Below, piece after piece: positions 40,852-50,091 of a stretch of 64,000 nucleotides of DNA; position 1 is the first letter of the stretch; each line of letters starts with the position of its first letter. This DNA comes from Iphione sp. A-MEVVRFRX5 (taxonomy: Eukaryota). A program made the translations under genes and the position numbers. The stretch covers positions 36,270,001 to 36,334,000 of the forward strand of contig OZ320314.1 in the NCBI GenBank assembly GCA_976226885.1. Reading direction: 5' to 3'. Below the pieces are notes generated by a model. It made no database searches. It was not told the DNA's origin and saw only the letters and a list, made by a program, of their open reading frames with translations.

Positions 40852-43637
40852 CATGGGAACCTCACCGTTCCGGACACCACAAGGACAAGTCAAGTTCTGT
40901 CTAGAATGAGTGGATATCCCGCATAGCCGAAATCTGTTGACAAATGAGTGGATCTGTCAACAATTATCCGATTGTTAAAGTTTCGGTTTTAGAGACAGAT
41001 ATTAACATCTAGTGGTTGTAGAACATACTAAAGCAAGCCCTACTCATAGTTTTAGCACTTTATTGTAGAGAGCCAACTGAAAATTACATTTAAATACAGT
41101 ACAATAGCATGAGAGCTGGAAAGCACTTGACATATACATTTGTATAATAAATCAAGTTGGGAATTTATGGACTATGCACAGTCTTTTGGGCTTTTGTCTT
41201 GCTGTTCTCCTCACTGCACATTTGGATGAGTGTTTATGCTTGATGACAGTCCCTTGGAAGCACATTGCTTCTTCATTTTATGCAGGTAAACTATAAATTT
41301 CTGGTCTGTCATGGGCTGTACCCGCACATCCTCCTTTTCTCATACTCTTCATCCTCTTCCTCCTGGCCGGCATCCTGGCATCCTTTGGTATCCTGTACCT
41401 GCTCTTGTCCATGGGATCATGGGCTGCACAGTCCACCTCAAGGTATGCCTATGGAATGAGAGGATCCCTGAGGTCAAGATCCTGCTGAACCATCCTCACC
41501 ATCTCAGCAAATGAAAGGTTGTGCACCTCATGAGAAGATGTCCTCAGAAGACGTAGGTTTCACACTACTGATAGCACCTTTCCGCTGTACTTGTTTTGAT
41601 CTGAATGATTGCAGTCTAGATCCACTTGATGGCCATCAGTCGATGGTCAGAGAATATTTGCGTTTATCAACTTGACTAACCACATGCTTGAGGAACTTCA
41701 TCTGGTAGATTTTCATTATCCATGCAGTGGTATTCTGATTACAAGGTTGTCCAACACTTGTGGCAATGGCTGACAAGATGACCTTCACATGGCTGAGTTT
41801 AATGTCCTTTAAATGGGAAGGGGCATTGTCCAACAGCATTGTCCTTCACAGGGCTGAGTTTGATGTCCTTTAGATGGGTGGGGGCATTGTCCAACAGCAG
41901 GACTACATACCATCCCATGCCCTTCATCCTCTTGTTGAAATGCACCAGTCAGCCCTCGAATGGCATGATAGTCATCCAGGCCTTCTTATTTGCCTGGCGA
42001 CTGGCAGTCTGGTGACGTCAAGGTTCCTGAAGTACCTGGGCCTGTCAGCCTTCCCTATGGCCAGGGGCTTCTCAAAGTTCCCGGCCATGATGACTCACAG
42101 ACAAACTGTCAGCCTCTCCTTGGATGCTTTCCCTCCTGACACATAAACAACCCTGGCAGAGAGGTTCTTGTAAAGAAAGGCCCTGTATAATAGCCAGTTT
42201 CCTCCATACTGCGGATGTCCCTGGAGTGGTAGCCTCCAGAAGGTTAGGGCTTCTGTCCTGCCAGTCTTTCACCACCTGTTCATGTACTGATCCTCTCTCT
42301 CCTGTCACCTTTACACCTAGTATGGTATGTCTGGCCTTGATCCTTGAGATCAATTAGAAGCATTCAATTCAGGGATGGACAGCTGGGTTACTACCTAAAG
42401 GGGATTGGCCTGAATCATAGGCCCTAACATTGAAATGTTCATGGATCCCCATCTTGAAAAACATGTAAATATGGTAATATCCAAGGTTATCAGAATAGGC
42501 TGGGCAATACACCTTCTCTAGGTATTGGGTTTAGGAGAGTGCTCATATTCCTCCAAAATGTCTGCCTTCCTCTTGGGGATGGCAGCAATCTGGGTCTTGG
42601 ATGCTTTTTCACGCCTCAGCCAGTTGCTTGCAACTCTTTTCTGGGAAGTCTGGATCAACTTATCATTCTCTCTCAGACTTAGCTCTATGTTCTTACAAGG
42701 CACGGAGTCTTCATTTGATGGCAAACAAATCCAGAAGCCAGAGGCAATTGGTAGGTTGGTTGGAGCCTGTAGCAGGATGGTGGGAGAATGGCAGGCGAAC
42801 AACAAGAGCATGGCCGGAGAATGGGCATAGGAGGATCATGGCAAGAGCACAGCAAGTGGACGATCATAGCAGGAGCATGTTTAGAGAGCTCTTCCCGATG
42901 CTCCCGCTGGCCCATTCTTCAGACTTCTGCAGATGTGAGTAGATATCAGCAATTGACACATTGTCATATCATATAATATAACCATGGCCATCCATCACAA
43001 TGTGACAGTCATACTTTCACTATGGTCACGTACAATGTTCAAAATTTTGTTTAAAAAGTTTCTCTTCACAGTATCAGTGAACTGCACTTTCTCATATACT
43101 TTTAAAATAAATATAGATGCCTCACCATGTTCTTAATGGATATAATGTCTATACATTTACATAACCACATAATGACATGTGACAGTCATAATTCTAATAC
43201 AGTCATATATGAGTGACAGTGTCACTTGAATGTCATCTGCATGGATTGGTTACATGAGTCATGTGACAAAATGACATAACATCATTGGCTGTGGAACACT
43301 TTGATTTATGAATATCATGACTGTAAAACATGTCGTCTTGTCATGTAGTGATGTGTCAATTCTCTTGTGTTGCACTGGAGCTCCTTCTGACCCTCCTGCT
43401 CGTCTGGCTTTTGTGCTTCCCTGATCTATGCAGGAGTCATGATGTCCTGCTGTATTTCTGCAATACTCTTAGAAACACCTCATTTGGGACTGTAAAATGT
43501 TTGTCTGGAGATGTGTGTCCAGTTGGCTGGGGGACTTTAAGCATGTAATAGTTTACCTTCATAGTGTTCTGAGTAAATTTTATCCGGAAACGGTGTTGCT
43601 TAGTATGGCCGTTTGTCCACAGTCAGAGGTTCGACTG
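40852..43637 (-). mobile_element. Old degenerate pogo/Tigger element (transposase remnants ~41150-42720)
   Basis: Minus-strand fragments KTQIAAIPKRKADILEEYE, GVKVTGERGSVHEQVVKDW and LLDNAPSHLKDIKLSHVKV align with the intact transposase at 50-52 kb. Candidate eroded TIRs catgggaacctcaccgttccggacac (40852) and, reverse-complemented, cagtcgaacctctgactgtggac (ending 43637), each flanked by TA. The boundaries are less certain than the identity. Confidence 0.8.
41782..41899. repeat. ~61-bp tandem duplication inside the degenerate transposase
   Basis: ccttcaca.ggctgagttt.atgtccttta.atggg..ggggcattgtccaacagca at 41782-41838 and 41843-41899. Confidence 0.9.
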
Positions 43638-46600
43638 TAGACATAAATGTGACAAAGGCCATTTCATCAAGATCATAACTGTGCATTTTAATTTCTAGAA
43701 AAGAAGACTTCCTTCCTTTCGTAGTCGGAGTTCAAAGCAGGGGGATTATATTTGACATTATATTACAGCCATTATTGGTCGGTTTTAGAGCGTGACAACA
43801 AGGAAACTAGCCATTTTGAAGTAGTGCGCGGAACGACAATTATACATCTAGGCTGTCCATCGTGAGCGCTATTAAAGAGGAGTCTGGTCGTGTTCCGCTC
43901 GAGGGTTTAGAGCAGCTCTCATGAATTCTACATGGTCATGGTAGATGGATGGACGGGGGATGCCTGTATAGGCGTAAGATGGGAGGGCCCGGCGGTTTCG
44001 GTCTGGAATGTGGGGTGGGGCTGGGAGATCACCATGAAGAATAGCCTTCCCGTGATGGTTGAAGATTGGGGGTTGTATGATGGGCTATAGGAACAGTGCA
44101 CGCTCTGCGGCTCTCCTCTCCATCCCCAGCACCCAGCCACCCACCCAACTCCTCACACCATCATCGCCCATCACCTCTCTTGGCTACCCTACACGCAACC
44201 GCAACCAGCTAATACCCCACCGAACATCGTGTATAAATCGCACATCTCTCACACCGAGGGAAACAGCAGGAGGGCGCTTTTTTAGGAGGCAGCAAATGCT
44301 ATCTCTTAGCAAGTCGCAATATACATAGCCAATGAAATCCATATCTGCGATAATGAAAACATGCCAAGTCGTAATGAACCGATGTACCGTTGGGATTTTA
44401 ATTACAGATCATGTCATGCATCACACGGGCTTAATAGGCAGCGATCGCAGTGGAAATTGTGTTGGGATTCGCCAGGAGATTAACGGCGTCGAGGGTATAC
44501 TGACGTCATTCCTAGGCATTAAGGGAAGAGTGTTAACGGGCGTATTCAGCCTGGCTGCAGCCACTGGTCATCACAGGTAGGGTGGTAGGTATTTAGAGGG
44601 TCGTCGGCCCGGCCAGAAGTGCGACAGGGGGGCCCCGCCCATATTGGCCGGAGGTGGTCGCGCTAAGAGAGTCGCTATTCAAACAGTTGTCGGCAGTGAT
44701 GATTGCCTGCTCATAAAAAATGGGCCAGTACCAATGGAGGTCGCACAAAGGTTAAATTAGGATCGTCCCGGCGGCCAGTCCCACGCGCAATCTGCATAAT
44801 GATATCATTATTAGCGGCTTGCTCAGCTGACAGCTTTTCACTCGGCGATATTGATGGCTGAAAAAGACGCGCGTTGAAACAACTGATGGATCCAGCTACC
44901 AGGTCAGCCGAGAGATAGATTCGGTTCACTGACAACCTACTCGATATGAAAGCCGTTTTATATCTCCTTGAAGAACAGACGCTCCATGCATATAGACGTT
45001 TTCAGCGATACATTTTATATGTGATCTCAATAGTTACATCGGTGACATAGTGAAATAACCGTTGGTACATAATCACCACAGTTCTTTGTATTGGGGTTAT
45101 CTATATAAATGAAGCCAGATAAGTGGTGATTGTTTGGTGTAGTTGCTGATTGAACATCTAGGACAATGATTACAGAGGAGTTTGTAATCATGGCAAACAA
45201 TGGCTCGCTAGTGGTGACAGAAACAAAGCTGTGAGGTTTTTTGTCGCCTCTGGCGTTGCAATGCTCGATGTGTTTATTAGAGACCGCTGGATATTGCGAG
45301 TCGGCTGACGTGGGAGATGGCCCGGTGGACTATAAAGTGTCCACCAGGCAATCACCAAACTGACCGCGCCGGTTTGCTCAGCCCCCTGGTCCTGTGTATT
45401 GGCCAACCGTTGCCCAAGGAGGCTGGCCTGGGAGGGCGTGGCCGCCGGGCACGCAAAGAACGAAATGAGGACGCGGTGTCTCTGTACATAGGCAATCAGG
45501 ACCAATCACTTTCACACTGATGACGAACAAATCACTACGCCAGGATGAGCGGCGACGGATGGCCTACCGCCAACGTAAGGAGTCCGCCTTTCTGTTTGTC
45601 CCATTCACAAACGTCAAGGGAAGAACAGGGGCGTGTTTGGCTGCTCAGAATGCCTCGTAGACACAGAGAAAAACCGTCAGAACGGGTCTTTATCAACCCT
45701 CATGAATACCGCCCATACCGTATACACATCATGTATAATCGTTCTTTCCCACTGCCTGAGATGAAACATCTGCATGACATAGGTGTGTCTTACAGATGTA
45801 ATTCAGAGGCATAAATTGATTGTGCTCAGATTACCTCTGTGACTGACTTGTGTCTATGTGCCTCTAAAATTATCTGCCCTTTTATTTCTTCGTCAAACAG
45901 CTATGTAGATCGTAGCGTAATCGGACCGATACGCCAAAAAGAAGGGATTGTACTCACAGAAGAAGCATACCCAAATCAAGATGCAAGTCCTAATCGAAAA
46001 GCATTCAAGATACTGTGTATTGTCAACGACTATCGCGTAGGATAAATTGTTTTAATGGTTAGGCTAAGTTCACTAACGATGATAGTCAGAGAAGGCTGAC
46101 CATATCACGTATTGAGCCATTTTTCTCTACAGAAGAAAATTCGTGTCATATTTGCTTGTGTCTTCACCTCTCTAGAAAACGTCTTAAAAATACGCCTGCT
46201 GAAGGCAAAACATCTAGGCATACGTTGTAATATTGCTCTATTACGACCATTTTAGTGGCAGTTGGCCCGGTCAAGGCACCCCAGTAATTGAAACGAAATC
46301 AAGCAGAAGAAATTCACGACAGGTTGCTTCGGTCGAAATGACCGATGACCGACACTAATGAAAAGAGTTCATCCTCGAGGGTCGGCGGCCATCCCCTGCA
46401 AATAGGTAGCTACATCAAGTGCCTGCTGTTCTATCTTTTTGAGAGGCTAACTAAATCTTCTTGGAATCTTGGCTGGCCCCTACATAAATGTACAAAATAT
46501 CCAAATTCAAAACTCTTTTAGGTGTAGAATTCTGTATATATGTATTTGCCTTCACAGTGATGACGACAACCAAAATCTTTTGAATAGTGTAGCCTAAAAT

Positions 46601-47096
46601 GTTATTCTTAATATTAAGAGCAATACGTTATATTACAGATGGTTTTGGTGCTCTCCAGGAAAGCACAGCACTTATCTTTAAAACTTGTTATGTGTACCTT
46701 ATCTTCGATGTCAATCCTATAAATGAACACCTTTGTTTCATAACCCCGTTTTTAATTGTAAAGTATACAGATACAACATGAGAATATTACTTCGTCGAAA
46801 TCATAAATCATAGAAGAAAAGTATAAATCTTGTATGCTGATATGACATACAGTCATTATATGTTGGGGGTGTATAGGTGGGTTAGTACATTATTTCCTTA
46901 CATTGCCAATTGTCTTTAACAGCCAAACTTTATTGCAAAGAGGATCTGGCAATGTATGTTCTATATTATTCTATACTTTGATATAGACAGACAGGGAAAC
47001 CTAGATCATTACATGGGATCATCACTTCTGGAGGTTCGTTAGTTTATAACAGACAGTTTTCCTGTCGTTAGGCAAGTTTAGCTCTGCCCTGATTTC

Positions 47097-47251
47097 TAAT
47101 ATATATATATATATATGCCATATAAATAATGTATTTATATTAATATATATTTGTTGATCACCTTGGATGTTCCTATGGCAAGCATCTGTAGCCAGAGTGA
47201 AACGTCATGACGCATTCTATTCATTCAACTGCCACTCGCTTTGAAAATTTT
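47097..47251 (+). repeat. Split direct repeat A1
   Basis: Matches the rejoined A2 with 2 substitutions apart from AT-run length (tattaatatatatttg vs tattaataaatatttg; ctatggcaag vs ctatgacaag). Contains TATAAATA at 47121-47128. Confidence 0.95.
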
Positions 47252-47317
47252 GAGGCTGTGAGACGTGTTTGCGATGGGGAAGTACTGTAAGAAATGTGGG
47301 GTTAATCACCCCCCCCT

Positions 47318-48148
47318 GTGGGCAAGAACTGCACATTTATGGATGAGAACGTCAACGACAGGCCTGGAAAGGCGGATGATGTAACCTATACAAGCAAATC
47401 AGGTGGCGAAGTGGACTCCAGACTGAGTCGCCTTGAGACTCTGATCGAGACGTTGGTGCAGAGCAGCTCTTCCAAGAAAAAGGGGCGTGGTCGTAGTCCA
47501 TCCAAGTCTGACGATGGGGATTCAAGTTCCTCTTCTACAAGTGATTCTGATGACTTCAGTGATTCTGAATTTGAAGAAGTCGAGAGACAGAAGAAAGAGG
47601 ACAGAAAGACGAGGAAGAAGAAAGGGAAGAAGTCCAGAAAGTACGATATACTCCACTACACTGAGGAGGAGAAGATTACGAGTTTCGAGACCCTCATGGT
47701 GGGGTCATTGGGACTTCTGAAAAAGATGATTGAGAAGAAGAAGGATGTACGTTCCTACGTCGATCATCTCTCCTTTTTGGCGACCAAGGCTGAGTCTAGG
47801 GTCTACAACATTAAATCCCTGGTCAACTACGACAGCGAGCTACGAAGAAGGGCGGCGAGATGTGGTCCAGAGGCGTTTTGCTACGGGGACACGGAGGCGA
47901 TACATAAATACATGGGCATTGATGCCACAAGAGGTGTAGACAAGCCCAAGTCATCCAAGAAGAGCAAAAAGGGTGAGCGCATTTGCTTCAAATACAACGC
48001 AGGAGATTGCAGTGATACATCGTGTATTTACCAGCACAAATGCATGAACTGTTCGACTAGCGGACACCGCGCTTATGAGTGTTTCAATAACAAGCCGACA
48101 GAGGGAGAAGACAGCAGGAAGGCGAAAAGTACGTCAAAGTCGCATTGA
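47318..48148 (+). CDS. gag-like ORF1 of the Ngaro element
   Basis: 276-aa ORF ending in C-x7-C-x4-C-x3-H plus C-x2-C-x4-H-x4-C (CFKYNAGDCSDTSCIYQH-K-CMNCSTSGHRAYEC). The probable true start is ATG 47274 (MGKYCKKCGVNH), offset by one base at a C8 run. Confidence 0.88.
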   Translation: MGKNCTFMDENVNDRPGKADDVTYTSKSGGEVDSRLSRLETLIETLVQSSSSKKKGRGRSPSKSDDGDSSSSSTSDSDDFSDSEFEEVERQKKEDRKTRKKKGKKSRKYDILHYTEEEKITSFETLMVGSLGLLKKMIEKKKDVRSYVDHLSFLATKAESRVYNIKSLVNYDSELRRRAARCGPEAFCYGDTEAIHKYMGIDATRGVDKPKSSKKSKKGERICFKYNAGDCSDTSCIYQHKCMNCSTSGHRAYECFNNKPTEGEDSRKAKSTSKSH

Positions 48149-48700
48149 CAACCAAGACGAACAGTGGAATCTAAAGACATTAAGGAAAGCAAGGTATTTC
48201 TGATTGAATTGGATGATAGATTCATTCTGTCTACTGACTCTGTCAAGTTAGGTTCTAGTGATTACACTGTTCTGACTGAAGTAAAAAATTGCGAGGAGAC
48301 TGTGACGAGCGATGTACCGTTAGTTGTAAATGACGTTGTTGATACCAGTAATGACTTGTGTTACTACGCTAAGATTATTAGCAGGAGTTGTTTGGCTCAG
48401 TTTATTGTGGAGTGTGACAAAAGTCAAGGTAATTCAATAATTTATGTCACATCAAGTGAAAACAGGAAAAGTTTCCCAGTGTATGAAGATTGTGTACTAG
48501 GTACATGTAGTTGTACCTACTTCATAGGAGACGTAAGCAGCAACCTGAAACCTTGTCGTTGGCTATATGCCTTAAGCTGTAGTAGCATGCCCAAAGAAGA
48601 AGTATTGACCATTTGGTTTGGGTTAACAGAAGGTTTCAGGATAGTTGATGATGGTTGCAAAACCTCGTATTGCTGTGAAAATTATAAGTCAATACTGACC
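48149..48700 (+). pseudogene. N-terminal part of pol (pre-RT region), truncated
   Basis: Same frame as gag, directly after the gag TGA. It ends with LTEGFRIVDDGCKTSYCCENYKSI, resembling the GF...N..SA segment that precedes RT in DIRS/Ngaro pol; no RT motifs follow. Confidence 0.65.
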
Positions 48701-49170
48701 CGCCTACTTTTGATTATTACGATCACCATATTAATGTATTTGAGCTTTGGCCTATCGTTGTGGCATTGAAAAGGTGGGCTGATCAAGTAAGGGACAGTAC
48801 TGTCCATATCATTACGGACAACATGTGTGTAATGTACATGATGTGTACTGGGCGCAGTAAAAATAAGATATGCCTTGATTGGTTGAAAGAGGTATTTTGG
48901 ACAGCATGTATCTTTAACATTGTCTTTGTGATTGACTACATCCCAAGTAAAGAGAATATTATCGCGGATTCGTTGTCTAGATTGTATGATCTGGCTATGA
49001 GGAAAATGTTGCTAACCTTAGATTGGTGTAATGGCTGCTGTTGCAATAAGGTGATGACTTATCTTTGCAGGAAAACAGAAAAAGCTTGTAAAGAAGATGT
49101 CGCTTCTAATGGAAATGTCAGCGGAGGAGAACACCAAGAAAGCGAGGACAACGCAATGGAATTCATATAA
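48700..49170 (+). pseudogene. C-terminal two-thirds of DIRS-type RNase H
   Basis: The frame of ORF 48760-49170 extended upstream reads HHINVFELWPIVVALKRW..VHIITDNMCV..YIPSKENIIADSLSR (HINxLEL, TDN and NxxADxLSR motifs). The N-terminal D-A-S motif is missing. Confidence 0.88.
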
Positions 49171-50005
49171 GAACTTTTGCAATTCCCTTGGGCGTGCATT
49201 GCTACCATGTAGCCTTTTTCAGCTATGTTTATATTTAACCTTTTTGTCAGAACGTCTATGCTATACTTCCATTAGGAATTACTTATCCGCACTGGTGTAT
49301 AACTGTCGTTGCAGAGGTTATGATTTGTTGTATCAGGGTAACTTTGTGGTTGAGGAGGTACTACGTGGTATTAAGAAGTCATGTTCAAAACCCACTAAGA
49401 AAGCTTTAGAAGTTACCATTAAAGATCTTTTGGTGTTGTTACCACTTTTTAACCTTGATGTTAAAGTTGACTACATGATTCGTCTAGCTTGTCTATTAGC
49501 TTATAGATGTCTGTTGAGAAAGGAGATGTTTACCACTAACAAAGGTCTGAGGTGGTCGGATGTAGTGTTCTGTAGTAGGGGTGTGTGGATTGTATTGAGT
49601 AGGGGTAAGACCTTTGTTGATGGTTGTAGGGGTGTTAGCCTACCAGTTGCCTATTGTGAAAATGCTATGTTATGTGTAGTAACCTTACTCAAAGCCTGGA
49701 AAATTATTTCCAAGGGTAAGGATGATGATTTAATTTTTTCTTACCGTTCAAGATGCAAAGTATATTGTTTAGATTACAACATGTTTAGGAATCGACTCAA
49801 AGGAGCGTGTGATGCTTGTGGTCTTGTTGGTGTCTCCTCTCATTCTTTTCGGCGAGGAGGAGCTAGTTTTTTGTCAAGTAAGGGTGCCTCTATTCAAGAA
49901 ATTAAGTTTAGAGGGGATTGGCACTCAGATTGTGTTAATGGTTATATTGATGTTGATACGGATCTTATGTTCCGTAGGGATTTTTCCCTGTTTTCTGATC
50001 TGTGA
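49097..50005 (+). CDS. Tyrosine recombinase (YR) of the Ngaro element
   Basis: 302-aa uninterrupted ORF with LLR, HSFRRGGA and GDWHSDCVNGYI (R..H-x-x-R..W..Y catalytic set). It overlaps the RNase H frame by 74 nt. Confidence 0.95.
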   Translation: MSLLMEMSAEENTKKARTTQWNSYKNFCNSLGRALLPCSLFQLCLYLTFLSERLCYTSIRNYLSALVYNCRCRGYDLLYQGNFVVEEVLRGIKKSCSKPTKKALEVTIKDLLVLLPLFNLDVKVDYMIRLACLLAYRCLLRKEMFTTNKGLRWSDVVFCSRGVWIVLSRGKTFVDGCRGVSLPVAYCENAMLCVVTLLKAWKIISKGKDDDLIFSYRSRCKVYCLDYNMFRNRLKGACDACGLVGVSSHSFRRGGASFLSSKGASIQEIKFRGDWHSDCVNGYIDVDTDLMFRRDFSLFSDL

Positions 50006-50014
50006 TTGGGTTTG

Positions 50015-50064
50015 GAGTCCTATATTATTCACTCCATTCCGCCTCCTGTGTCATCCTTCATAAT
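50015..50064 (+). repeat. Split direct repeat B1
   Basis: gagtcctatattattcactccattccgcctcctgtgtcatccttcataat; differs from B2 (52449-52498) by one G/A substitution. Confidence 0.95.
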
Positions 50065-50091
50065 ATATATGCCATATAAATAATGTATTTA

